Assembly: GCA_005889475.1 (NCBI GenBank)
Contig: VBGT01000026.1
Location: forward strand, 17,544 to 81,543
DNA: 64,000 nucleotides
Direction of reading: 5' to 3'
Source of the DNA: Chloroflexota bacterium
GTDB taxonomy: Bacteria; Chloroflexota; Limnocylindria; Limnocylindrales; CSP1-4
Shown here: positions 16,839 to 25,892 of the stretch, one piece after another
How positions within the stretch are numbered: the stretch's first letter is position 1
How the letters are laid out: every line of letters starts with the position of its first letter
Translations under genes and position numbers: made by a program
The notes under the pieces: model-generated
Told to the model about the DNA's origin: nothing
The model's database searches: none
Seen by the model: only the letters and a program-made list of their open reading frames with translations

Positions 16839-18546
16839 CTCCGCGCGGGCCCGACTCCCAGGCCGCGACAAGGGCAGCCGTGATGACGAGGATGGGCAGG
16901 GCGGAGGCCTGGAACGAGGTCGGCGGCTCGAGGAACAGGGAGCCGACCGCGAAGGCGAGCAGAACCGCGAAACCCACGGTCCGAGGCGCGATCGGTCGGC
17001 GACGGAGCGCCAGCGCGACCGCGAGCAGTGCGGGTAGCCAGAGCGCCGCGCCCACCAGGCCCTGCTCGGCAAGGACGTTGACGTACCAGTTGTGCGAGAA
17101 GGTCGCGCCCAGGTTGCCGGAAAACCTGGCACTGACGAAGGAGTAATGACCGAAGCCGACCCCGAACAGCGGCGATGTCGCCCAGACCTGTGGGCCCGCG
17201 AGGACGGTGGCCGCTCGCTCCCGATCGCTCTCGGCCGCCTGCTGCAGCGCTTCAGCGGACGGCGAATCGCCAGCGGATGCGAGCCGATAGTTGGAAAGCA
17301 CCGGGTACACGAGGACGAAGGCGAGGAGGATCGTGGCGATGGCGACGACGCCGGCGACCCGGAACCGGATGAAGGCGAGCAGCGAGGTGCCGGCGAGCAG
17401 CGTGATGATCCCGCCACGTGACAGCGTGAACACGAGCGCACCGACGCAGACGCCCGCCGCGAGCAGCAGCCCCGCGCGCAGGCGCGGTGACCTGGTGACG
17501 GCGCACCAGGCCAGGGCGGCCGTGGTGGCCAGCGCCTCGACGAAACCGAAGTAGTTCGGGTTGCCGAACGTCCCCACGGCGCGGACGCCGAACTCGTTGT
17601 CGGCCACGAGCCCGACGAGCAGAGGAGGCAGGCTGACCGAGACATCGCTGATGATCCCGAGCACGGCGGCGAGGACGGCGGACGCGATCACGGCCCCAAT
17701 GACTGCTCGCGGATCACGATCCGGGAGCACCAATGCCGCGGCGAGGATCAGGCCGAAGCCACCCGACATCTGGAGAAATTGATAGCCGACCAGGTGGCCG
17801 ACGTCGCCGGAGTAGCCACCGGCGAGCTCGGGCAGCTGCTGTGCGAAGCTGTAGAGCTCGTATGCACCGAGCAGCGCCAGGGGCAGCGTGATCCGCAGCC
17901 GCGGTCGGTCGATCGGCAGCCGGTACACCCAGCCGAGGAGGATCGCGCCTGCCAGGAGGATCGGCAGACCGGGTGTGGGCACGCCATCAGGCGGCCGCAG
18001 GGTTGCCGTGAGGGCCGCGATCAAGAGGCCGGTGTACGGCGCGACGACGGCTGTTAACAGGATCGCGGCTGACGACGCGAGCACGAGTGCCTGCACGTGG
18101 AGCGCCATGCTGCCGACCAGCAGGCCGGCGAGCGCCGCGGCCACGAGGATAGGGGTTAGCGGGGATGTGGGCGCGCCTTCCTCGACGCTCGGCCGGCCGG
18201 TTGTTGCGGCGACAGGCGCGGCCACCGACCGGGTGGTCAGCGCGGCATCGACACGGCCTGCCGGCGGAGTTGGCGGGGGACTCGGCGGCGCCACGATCGG
18301 CGTGACGGTGAGCGTCGCTTCTGCCGTCGTGCCCAGGGTGTCCCGCGCACTGACGGCGTGACGGCCCGCGCCACGCGGGGCGGGGATCACGCGGGTGAAC
18401 TTGCCGGTCCTGCCCGACCTGAAGGTCTGCTCTGCCCCGCCGTCGATCGACAGGTAGACGGTCCGCCGCTTCCCGAAGCCCGCCCCTGCGACCGTGACCT
18501 CGGCTGCCTCGACGGACGTCGTCGGGGTGAGGGTCAGCGTGCTCAT
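16807..18546 (-). CDS. O-antigen polymerase/ligase (Wzy_C-like) membrane protein with an N-terminal Ig-like domain
   Basis: At least 10 TM segments and a Wzy-type loop (GTFGNPNYFGFVEAL ... FTLSRGG). The N-terminal ~85 aa form a beta-rich module (TLTPTTSVEAAEVTVAGAGFGKRRTVYLSIDGG...TLTVTP) followed by a Pro-rich linker. Confidence 0.7.
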   Translation of the reverse strand: MSTLTLTPTTSVEAAEVTVAGAGFGKRRTVYLSIDGGAEQTFRSGRTGKFTRVIPAPRGAGRHAVSARDTLGTTAEATLTVTPIVAPPSPPPTPPAGRVDAALTTRSVAAPVAATTGRPSVEEGAPTSPLTPILVAAALAGLLVGSMALHVQALVLASSAAILLTAVVAPYTGLLIAALTATLRPPDGVPTPGLPILLAGAILLGWVYRLPIDRPRLRITLPLALLGAYELYSFAQQLPELAGGYSGDVGHLVGYQFLQMSGGFGLILAAALVLPDRDPRAVIGAVIASAVLAAVLGIISDVSVSLPPLLVGLVADNEFGVRAVGTFGNPNYFGFVEALATTAALAWCAVTRSPRLRAGLLLAAGVCVGALVFTLSRGGIITLLAGTSLLAFIRFRVAGVVAIATILLAFVLVYPVLSNYRLASAGDSPSAEALQQAAESDRERAATVLAGPQVWATSPLFGVGFGHYSFVSARFSGNLGATFSHNWYVNVLAEQGLVGAALWLPALLAVALALRRRPIAPRTVGFAVLLAFAVGSLFLEPPTSFQASALPILVITAALVAAWESGPRGDAPRAAEAAS

Positions 18547-18591
18547 GCCGGAGGACCTACGGCCCATCGGTGACGTCGTGAGAGGGTGCGC

Positions 18592-20175
18592 TCACCCCGG
18601 CTTCGACGAAGTCGCGCGGTCCTCGTCGGGCGCCGCCGCCGCGTAGGTGATGTAGGCAGCCCCGTCGACGTCGCGCGCCACGCGGTTGAGGACCACGCCC
18701 AGGATCTGCGCGCCCGCCCGGACCAGCGTGTCCCGAGCCCGGACCACGGATTCGCGTCGACTCTTGCCGGCATCGACGACGATGATGGTCCCATCGACGC
18801 GGGCGCTGAGGATGGCGGCATCGGCGACAGCCTGGAGAGGCGGAGTGTCGATCACGATCAGATCGAAGTCGGCTGCGAGCTGTTCGAGGATCGCGCCAAA
18901 GCGGTGCGAACCGAGAATCTCGGCGGGGTTTGGCGGGAGCGGACCACTCGTCAGGATCGTGAGGTGGCCCTGCTCGGTCATCTGAACGACGCGAGCGGGG
19001 TCGAGGTTGGGATCGAGCACAAGGCTCGTGACACCGCGTGCGTTCGTTGCGCGAAAGATCGTGTGCACGCCCGGGCGCCGGAGGTCGGCGTCGATGAGGA
19101 GCACGCGCCGGCCCGCCTGCGCGAAGACCAGCGCCAGGTTTCCGGCCGTGACCGTCTTCCCTTCCGAAGCCGTCGCGCTTGCGACGAGGAGCGTCCGAAT
19201 CGGTCTGTCGACGCTCGTGAAGTCGACGTTCGCGCGGATCGACCGGTAGGCCTCGGCCGCCGGCGAACGCGGATTGACGAGGGTCACCAACCGATAGACC
19301 TCGTTGACGCTCCGATCGCCCCGCAGCCGTCCGATCGAACCGAGCGTTGGCAGGCCCAGCACCTCTTCTACGTCCTCCGGCCGCTTCAGCGAATCATTGA
19401 GGTACTCCGCGGCGAACAAGATCGCGGTCGCCAGGAGCAGTCCGAGGATGCCGGCCAGGATCGTCAACAGGAAGCGGCTGGGCGCGGAGGGTGACGTCGG
19501 CGCGACGGCCGGCTCGATGAGCGTCAGGAGGTTCGAGGCGGTCGTCGACTGGAATCCAAGCAGGGAGGCGTACGTCGACCGGAGGCTCGCCAAGCGGTCC
19601 TGCAGCGCGAAGAGATCGGCTTGATCCCGCGGGGTGGGCGAAGTGATCGCCTGCAGTCGCGCGGCCTCCATGCTGGCGGATTCGATCTCCGTCCGCGTTG
19701 CCTGCAGGTCTTCGTCGATGGCTTTCGCGAAGTCGACTTGCTGACCCGAGACCGTGGGCGACGCGGCGATCACCTGGTTCGCAACCTCGTTCGCGATCGC
19801 GGCTGTCTCGGCGGCATCGCGGCCCCGCACGACGATCGTCAGGAATGCGGTCGTCTGTGACGGCTCGGCGTCGATCCGGGGCAGAAGGTCGTCCGCCGTC
19901 GTCTTGAGCCCGAGGGTCGAGATAACCGCGTCGAGGATTGGACGCCGCGTCGCGAGGCTGGCATAGGTCAGCGTCAGCCGCTGCGATGTCAGCAGCTGGT
20001 TGTAGTCGGGATTGACCGACGACAGCGACTGGCCGATGAGAATGGTGGCCCGCGCCTCGTACTGCCTGGGCGCGAGCGTGGCTGCCAGGAGGCCAGCTCC
20101 CCCGAAGGCAATCGTCACCAGGAGGATGAGCCAGAGGCGCGTACGAACGATATGCAGCTGGCGACGGAGATCCAC
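18592..20175 (-). CDS. polysaccharide co-polymerase fused to a BY-type tyrosine kinase (Wzz/Wzc-like)
   Basis: There is an N-terminal TM, a coiled periplasmic region and a second TM. The kinase motifs are Walker A SATASEGKT, Walker A' LLIDADLRRP and Walker B DLIVIDTPP. The C-terminal Tyr cluster is short (YITY). Confidence 0.85.
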   Translation of the reverse strand: MDLRRQLHIVRTRLWLILLVTIAFGGAGLLAATLAPRQYEARATILIGQSLSSVNPDYNQLLTSQRLTLTYASLATRRPILDAVISTLGLKTTADDLLPRIDAEPSQTTAFLTIVVRGRDAAETAAIANEVANQVIAASPTVSGQQVDFAKAIDEDLQATRTEIESASMEAARLQAITSPTPRDQADLFALQDRLASLRSTYASLLGFQSTTASNLLTLIEPAVAPTSPSAPSRFLLTILAGILGLLLATAILFAAEYLNDSLKRPEDVEEVLGLPTLGSIGRLRGDRSVNEVYRLVTLVNPRSPAAEAYRSIRANVDFTSVDRPIRTLLVASATASEGKTVTAGNLALVFAQAGRRVLLIDADLRRPGVHTIFRATNARGVTSLVLDPNLDPARVVQMTEQGHLTILTSGPLPPNPAEILGSHRFGAILEQLAADFDLIVIDTPPLQAVADAAILSARVDGTIIVVDAGKSRRESVVRARDTLVRAGAQILGVVLNRVARDVDGAAYITYAAAAPDEDRATSSKPG

Positions 20176-20256
20176 GCTGGTGGCAGCCTCCTGGCGGCGT
20201 TTGAATGGGTGCCAGTCGCGGCTACCACGCCGCCGCTCGAAACCTGACTATACGCC

Positions 20257-20294
20257 ACGAGGGCAGATGATCTGGACGAGGGCAGATGATCTGG
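20257..20294. repeat. perfect 19-bp tandem duplication, each copy containing the palindrome CAGATGATCTG (candidate operator pair)
   Basis: ACGAGGGCAGATGATCTGG occurs at 20257-20275 and again at 20276-20294. The pair lies between the divergent wzc-like start (20175) and the rfbF start (20365). Confidence 0.6.
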
Positions 20295-20364
20295 CCCGTC
20301 GGGCATGCAATCATCGCGCGGTGGACGTCGCCTTCGGCGCTTCAGCCCGTTGCCGCCCGGCCCG

Positions 20365-21153
20365 ATGAAGGTCGTGTTGTTCTGCGGCGGGCGGGGCATC
20401 CGCCTGCGCGAGCACAGCGAGACGGTGCCAAAGCCGATGGTCACCATCGGCTACCGGCCGATCCTGTGGCACGTCATGCGCTACTACGCCCATTACGGCC
20501 ACCGCGAGTTCATTCTCTGCCTCGGATATAAGGCCGACGTGATCAAGCGCTACTTCCTCGACTACGAGGAGGCGCTCAGCAACGACTTCGTCCTGAACGG
20601 CAGCGACCGGAAGGTCGAGCTGCTCGGGCGTGACATGGACGACTGGGAGATCAGCTTCGTCGACACCGGCCTCAATGCCACGCTGGCCGAGCGACTCTGC
20701 GCCATCCGGCCGCATCTCGGCGGAGACGACGTCTTTCTCGCCAATTACGCCGACGTCCTTACCGATGCGCCGCTCAACGACCTCGTCGACGACTTCGCGA
20801 ATGGCGACGCGATCGCCGCCTTCCTGTCGATTCGGCCAACGAACTATTCCTTCCACATCGTGCGGATGCGCGACGAGCGGCGGGTCGCCGGCGTGGAGGA
20901 CGTCACGAGCGCAAACCTCTGGATCAACGGCGGCTATTTCATCCTGCGCCATGAGATCTTCGACTACATCCGGCCGGGCGAGGAGCTGGTCATGGAGCCC
21001 TTCGCGCGCCTGGCGGCTGAGGACCGGCTGATCAGCTACCCGTACACCGGATTTTGGGCGCCGCTCGACACGATCAAGGACATGCGGACCCTCGAAGAGC
21101 AGAACGAGACCGGCTCACCGCCGTGGGCCGTGTGGCAGCGGCATTCCGGATGA
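20365..21153 (+). CDS. rfbF: glucose-1-phosphate cytidylyltransferase
   Basis: The N-terminus MKVVLFCGGRGIRLREHSETVPKPMVTIGYRPILWHVM and the C-terminal FWAPLDTIKD ... PPWAVW match the RfbF layout. Confidence 0.85.
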   Translation: MKVVLFCGGRGIRLREHSETVPKPMVTIGYRPILWHVMRYYAHYGHREFILCLGYKADVIKRYFLDYEEALSNDFVLNGSDRKVELLGRDMDDWEISFVDTGLNATLAERLCAIRPHLGGDDVFLANYADVLTDAPLNDLVDDFANGDAIAAFLSIRPTNYSFHIVRMRDERRVAGVEDVTSANLWINGGYFILRHEIFDYIRPGEELVMEPFARLAAEDRLISYPYTGFWAPLDTIKDMRTLEEQNETGSPPWAVWQRHSG

Positions 21154-21166
21154 GGCGGGCTAGGCC

Positions 21167-21814
21167 ATGTTGACCGTGCTCCCCGAACGCGACGATCCGT
21201 ACCGTCTCCTGGTGCTGGGGGCCCATCCGGACGACATCGAGATCGGCTGTGGGGCGACGCTCATGAGGCTGGTGGCCGATCACCCGTCGGCCCGGCTCCG
21301 CTGGGTGGTCTTTTCCGGCGAGGATGCCAGGGCCGACGAGGCGCGGAGGAGCGCGGACGACCTCGTGGGCGACCCGGCCCGCGTAGCCCTCACCCTCCAC
21401 GGCTACCGCGATGGCTTCTTCCCGTACGACGGCGCGTCAATCAAGGAGGCGTTCGAGGCGATCAAGGGATCGTTCGAGCCTGATCTCATCCTGACCCATC
21501 GGCTTGAGGACGCCCATCAGGACCACCGGCTCATCGCCGAGCTGACGTGGCAGACCTTCCGATCGGCGATGATCCTCGAGTACGAGATCCCCAAGTACGA
21601 GGGCGACCTTGGACAGCCGAATCTCTTCGTGACGGTGAGCCCGGACCTGGCGGACCGCAAGGTGCAGCACCTGCTGACCGCCTTCCCCACCCAGCGTGAT
21701 CGCCGCTGGTTCAGCGAGGATCTGTTCAGGGCAACGCTCAGGCTGCGGGGGATCGAGTGTGCCTCGCCCAGCGGCCTAGCCGAGGGATTCACGTGCCGAA
21801 AGGTGACCATGTGA
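21167..21814 (+). CDS. PIG-L/LmbE family de-N-acetylase
   Basis: Motifs [18 protein letters not shown] and HQDH. The stop overlaps the next start (ATGTGA). Confidence 0.8.
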   Translation: MLTVLPERDDPYRLLVLGAHPDDIEIGCGATLMRLVADHPSARLRWVVFSGEDARADEARRSADDLVGDPARVALTLHGYRDGFFPYDGASIKEAFEAIKGSFEPDLILTHRLEDAHQDHRLIAELTWQTFRSAMILEYEIPKYEGDLGQPNLFVTVSPDLADRKVQHLLTAFPTQRDRRWFSEDLFRATLRLRGIECASPSGLAEGFTCRKVTM

Positions 21815-22809
21815 CCGCGCAGGCCGCCGGCGGCGCCTTCTGGCGCGATCGCCCGACGCTCGTCACCGGGGCGACGGGCCTGCTGGGCGGCTGGCTCGTC
21901 GCTCGATTGGTCGACGCTGGCGCGGATGTCGTCTGCCTGGTGCGCGACTGGGTTCCCGACTCGCAGCTCGTGCGCGCCGGCCTGTTGGAGCGCACGAAGC
22001 TGGTACGCGGCGACGTCCGTGACCAGGCCGTCCTGGAGCGGACAGTCGGCGAGTACGAGATCGACACCGTGTTCCACCTTGCCGCGCAGACCATCGTGGG
22101 GATCGCCAATCGCAACCCGATCTCAACATTCGAGACCAACATCGCCGGCACCTGGCGGCTGCTCGAGGCGGCGCGCCGGAGCCCGACCGTCAAGCAGATC
22201 GTGGTCGCTTCCTCGGACAAGGCCTACGGCAGCCACGATGTCCTCCCCTACACCGAGGAGGCGCCGCTCGTCGGCCGGCACCCGTACGACGTGAGCAAAT
22301 CGGCGGCCGATCTGGTCGCCCAGTCGTATGCCGCGACCTACGATCTGCCGGTCGGGATCACCCGCAGCGGGAACCTCTACGGTGGCGGGGATCTCAACTG
22401 GAGCCAGCTGATCCCGGGCACGATCCGCTCGATCCTGCGCGGCACGCGCCCCGTCATCAGGTCCGATGGCACGTACGTCCGCGACTATTTCTACGTCGAG
22501 GACGGCGCCGCCGCGAACATGGCGCTCGCCGAGGGATTGGCGCGCGATTTTGAGTTGCGCGGCGAGGCGTTCAATTTCTCGAACGAGCTCCAGATGACCG
22601 TCCTCGAGGTCGTCGAGCGCATCCTGGGCCTCATGGGCTCGGATCTCGAGCCCGAGATCCGCAACGAGGCGACGCACGAGATCCGGCATCAGTACCTCAG
22701 CGCGGAGAAGGCCAGGCGAACGTTGGGCTGGGAGCCACTCTTCACGCTGGACGCCGGGCTGCGTCGCACCATCGACTGGTACGCGGAGCTCCTGGCTTCG
22801 GGCCGATGA
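21811..22809 (+). CDS. rfbG: CDP-glucose 4,6-dehydratase
   Basis: GTG at 21811. Motifs are [19 protein letters not shown] and YDVSKSAAD. It follows rfbF in the same operon. Confidence 0.8.
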   Translation: MTAQAAGGAFWRDRPTLVTGATGLLGGWLVARLVDAGADVVCLVRDWVPDSQLVRAGLLERTKLVRGDVRDQAVLERTVGEYEIDTVFHLAAQTIVGIANRNPISTFETNIAGTWRLLEAARRSPTVKQIVVASSDKAYGSHDVLPYTEEAPLVGRHPYDVSKSAADLVAQSYAATYDLPVGITRSGNLYGGGDLNWSQLIPGTIRSILRGTRPVIRSDGTYVRDYFYVEDGAAANMALAEGLARDFELRGEAFNFSNELQMTVLEVVERILGLMGSDLEPEIRNEATHEIRHQYLSAEKARRTLGWEPLFTLDAGLRRTIDWYAELLASGR

Positions 22810-23348
22810 TCATCACCGATGCCGGGCTGGCGGGCGCTTGCATTGTGGAGCTCGAGCGGCGCGAGGACGAACGCGGCTTCTTCGCGCGCAGCTGGTCTGT
22901 GGGCGAGTTCGCCGCCCACGGGCTGAACCCCAGTCTGGTCGAATGTGACATCTCCTTCAATCACCGCAGGGGCACGCTCCGCGGAATGCACTACCAGGCG
23001 GCGCCGCACGCGCAGGCAAAGGTCGTCCGATGCACTGCAGGCGCGATCTACGACTGCATCATCGACCTGCGCCCCGACTCGCCGACCTTCACGCGCTGGG
23101 TGGGGGTCGAGCTCGACGCCGAGAATCGCCGCGCCCTCTACGTCCCGGAGGGTTTCGCTCACGGCTTCCAGACCCTGGTCGACGGAGCCGAGGTCGCCTA
23201 CCAGATGTCGGCGGTCCACGTGGCGGACGCCGAGCGCGGCGTGCGCTGGGACGATCCGGCTTTCGGGATCATTTGGCCGGAGCCGGTTCGCGTGATCAGC
23301 GAGCGAGACCGTACGTATCCGGACTTCGTCACGCAGGCCGCGCGCTAG
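22806..23348 (+). CDS. NDP-4-dehydro-6-deoxyhexose 3,5-epimerase (RmlC-like cupin)
   Basis: ATGA overlap with rfbG. Motifs are DERGFF, LRGMHYQ, KVVRC and VPEGFAHGF. Confidence 0.85.
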   Translation: MIITDAGLAGACIVELERREDERGFFARSWSVGEFAAHGLNPSLVECDISFNHRRGTLRGMHYQAAPHAQAKVVRCTAGAIYDCIIDLRPDSPTFTRWVGVELDAENRRALYVPEGFAHGFQTLVDGAEVAYQMSAVHVADAERGVRWDDPAFGIIWPEPVRVISERDRTYPDFVTQAAR

Positions 23349-23352
23349 GCGG

Positions 23353-24168
23353 TCAGGACTCCGCCGCAGCCTTGGCGCCGTCGGCCTCGCGCCTCCAGAC
23401 GGCCCACGGCGCCTGTCCGGACTCCTCGAGCGCCACGAGTTCCTGTACGTCACGCAGCGTGTTCATCGGGATCCAGAAGCCGTCGTGGCGGAAGCTCGTG
23501 AGCTTGTTCTCGGCCAGCAGCCGCTGGAAGGGCTCGTCGGGCAGGTCTCCGTCGCCGGCCTGGATGTAGTCGAAGATCTCCTGCCGAAGCACGAAGAAGC
23601 CGTTGTCGATCCAGACGTCGGAGCTCGAGACATCCCGGAGCAGGGTCACGCTGCCGTCCTCGGCCTGCTCGACCACGTGGAACGGCCCGCGCTGCCGGAC
23701 CGCCATGAACGAGGCGACCTTGTCCGGGTGCCGGCGGAAGTCGTCGACGATCGCCTCCATCGACGCATCCGAGACGATGTCGCCGTAGTTGGCGCAGAAG
23801 ATCTCTTCGCCCCTTACGTGCTCGCGGACGGCGCGCAGCCGCTGGCTGATCGTGGCGTTCACCCCGGTGTCCGCGAACGTGATCGTCCAGTCGCGGATAT
23901 CGGCCTGGAGGAGTCGGACGTCCCCTGTGCCGGCCGAGAGGACGAAGTCGTTGGAGAGCGCCTCGCTGTAGTCCAGGAAGTAGCGCTTGATCAGGTCGCC
24001 ACCGTAGCCCAGGCAGAGCACGAAGTCGCGCATTCCCCAATGGGCGTACCAGCGCATGACGTGCCACAGGACCGGCCGGTAGCCGATCATGACCATCGGC
24101 TTGGGCACCGGTCGATCGTGCTCGGTGAGCCGCAGCGGCGCGCCGCCGCAGAACAGCACGACCTTCAT
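23353..24168 (-). CDS. second glucose-1-phosphate cytidylyltransferase paralogue, divergent in the nucleotide-binding motif
   Basis: The N-terminus is MKVVLFCGGAPLRLTEHDRPVPKPMVMIGYRPVLWHVM and the protein is colinear with rfbF at 20365. ATGA overlap with the upstream methyltransferase. Confidence 0.8.
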   Translation of the reverse strand: MKVVLFCGGAPLRLTEHDRPVPKPMVMIGYRPVLWHVMRWYAHWGMRDFVLCLGYGGDLIKRYFLDYSEALSNDFVLSAGTGDVRLLQADIRDWTITFADTGVNATISQRLRAVREHVRGEEIFCANYGDIVSDASMEAIVDDFRRHPDKVASFMAVRQRGPFHVVEQAEDGSVTLLRDVSSSDVWIDNGFFVLRQEIFDYIQAGDGDLPDEPFQRLLAENKLTSFRHDGFWIPMNTLRDVQELVALEESGQAPWAVWRREADGAKAAAES

Positions 24169-25463
24169 CGCGGCATGTCGGCCGGAGAGTCGACGTCGTC
24201 GAGGGTGGGAATGGGCACGACCAGGCGTGTGCCGGTGGCGCGGAGCGGGGCCAGCTGCGCGGCGATCTCCGAGCGGAGATTCCACGGCAGGACGAGCACC
24301 ACGTCCGGGCGAGCCTCGTCGAGGGCCTCCGGCGGACGGATCGGAATGTGCATCCCGGGGGTGAATCGTCCGTGCTTGTGGGGGTTGCGGTCGACGGTGA
24401 ACGGCAGCAGGTCGGGCCCGATGCCGCAGTAGTTCAGGAGGGTATTCGCCTTACCCGGGGCGCCGTAGCCGGCGATCGAGTGGCCGGCTTCGCGCTCCGA
24501 GATCAGAAATGCAAGCAGCGCGCGCTTGGTCGCCGCGACGCGCTCAGCGAAACCCGCATGGCCGGCCACGCTGTCGTAGCCCGCGGCGGCCTCGCGCTCG
24601 AGGAGAGCCGCCACGCGCGGACTCGGCGGCCGCCGGTCGGCGTCATGCGCCGCGAGGACCCGGAACGAGCCGCCGTGGGTCGACAGCTCCTCGACGTCGA
24701 TGACACGCAGCCCGTGGCGGGCCAGCGCCGCGGACGCCGTGCGCAGGGTGAAGTACGAGAAGTGCTCGTGGTAGATCGTGTCGAACTCGTTTCGCTCGAC
24801 GAGCCGTGGGAGGTGCTGGACCTCGATCGACAGCGTTCCGCCGTCGGCCAGCAGAGCCGCAAGCCCGGCGGTCACGTCGTCCAGGTCCGGCACGTGGGCG
24901 TAGACATTGTTCGCCACGATGAGGTCCGCCGGGCCGTGCTCCCCGCGGATCTCCGCGGCGAGCTGCCGTCCGAAGAACTCGTCGACCGTCGGGATGCCCC
25001 GGGCGCGGGCGACCTCGGCGATGTTGCGGGCCGGGTCGATCCCGAGCACCGGGATGTCGCGTGCCAGGAAGTGCTGGAGGAGGTAGCCATCATTGCTGGC
25101 GACCTCGACCACCCGGCTTTGCGGCCCCAGGTCGAGCCGTTCGATCATCGCCTCCGCGAAGGTCCTTGCGTGGGCGACCCAGCTGTCCGAGTACGAGGAG
25201 AAGTAGTAGTACTCCCGGAAGATCTCGTCCGGCGGCACGTACGACGGTAACTGTACAAGGAGGCAGCTGGAGCAGATCCGGACATGGAGCGGATAGAACG
25301 GCTCCATATCGTCGAGCTGGTCGGCGGTCAGGAAGCGTTCGCACAGCGGCGACATGCCGAGGTCGACGAACGTCGTCTCGAGGGACGCGCCGCACAGGCG
25401 ACACGACACCACGCTCGGGTGCAGTGCGGTGACGGCGTCGGAGACGAGCGTGCCCTGCGACAT
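24165..25463 (-). CDS. SAM-dependent NDP-hexose C-methyltransferase (TylC3-like)
   Basis: ATG at 25463. The Zn-ribbon is CRLCG...CSSC and the SAM motif is VVEVASNDGYLL. NNVYAHVPD and YHEHFSYF are present, with a C-terminal Methyltransf_14-like region. The longest ORF (to 26117) is a non-coding-looking extension. Confidence 0.85.
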   Translation of the reverse strand: MSQGTLVSDAVTALHPSVVSCRLCGASLETTFVDLGMSPLCERFLTADQLDDMEPFYPLHVRICSSCLLVQLPSYVPPDEIFREYYYFSSYSDSWVAHARTFAEAMIERLDLGPQSRVVEVASNDGYLLQHFLARDIPVLGIDPARNIAEVARARGIPTVDEFFGRQLAAEIRGEHGPADLIVANNVYAHVPDLDDVTAGLAALLADGGTLSIEVQHLPRLVERNEFDTIYHEHFSYFTLRTASAALARHGLRVIDVEELSTHGGSFRVLAAHDADRRPPSPRVAALLEREAAAGYDSVAGHAGFAERVAATKRALLAFLISEREAGHSIAGYGAPGKANTLLNYCGIGPDLLPFTVDRNPHKHGRFTPGMHIPIRPPEALDEARPDVVLVLPWNLRSEIAAQLAPLRATGTRLVVPIPTLDDVDSPADMPR

Positions 25464-25658
25464 CGGCGGAGAGTGTATCGGCTGGCCAGTCTCGCCCCGG
25501 CGCACGATCCGGGGAGTGGTGCGCGCACGCAGCGGCTCGGCGCGGCTGGCCGTACCCTGTAGCGCGCGCCCAGCCGCCTGCACGACGCGGTCCGCATGGA
25601 GCGAGAGCGAGCTGAGCGCATGTCCACCTCGCCGCTCGAAAGCGGGCCGTACGGAACG

Positions 25659-25883
25659 ATGAGCGAGTTCTTCGACCCGACGGCCATGGACGAGGAGGGC
25701 AACGGCTTGCTGAGGTTGTACCCGGCCGGCCCCAAGGGTTCGGACGACCGGCCCATGTCGCAGAGCTTCACGGTGGGGGCGGGCGACACCTACACCGTAT
25801 TCGTGACGACGTCCGGCCCGCCGGATGGCGGTTTTGGCAGGGACGGCGATCTCCGGTCGATCATGGTCGCTCTGGAGCCATAG
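25659..25883 (+). CDS. small hypothetical protein (74 aa; possible start also at 25596)
   Basis: High-GC3 ORF with a balanced composition (MSEFFDPTAMDEEGNGLLRLYPAGPKGSDDRPMSQSFTVGAGDTYTVFV...). It ends 9 nt before ycaQ. I recognise no family. Confidence 0.35.
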   Translation: MSEFFDPTAMDEEGNGLLRLYPAGPKGSDDRPMSQSFTVGAGDTYTVFVTTSGPPDGGFGRDGDLRSIMVALEP

Positions 25884-25892
25884 CGGCCGACC

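Noticed and set aside
1020-25892. Calling the polysaccharide cluster a mobile genomic island or ICE.
   Set aside because: The region has no integrase, transposase, relaxase, tRNA at the edges or perfect direct repeats. Only the diverged ycaQ 5' duplication marks the boundary. I report it as a rearrangement scar, not as a mobile element.
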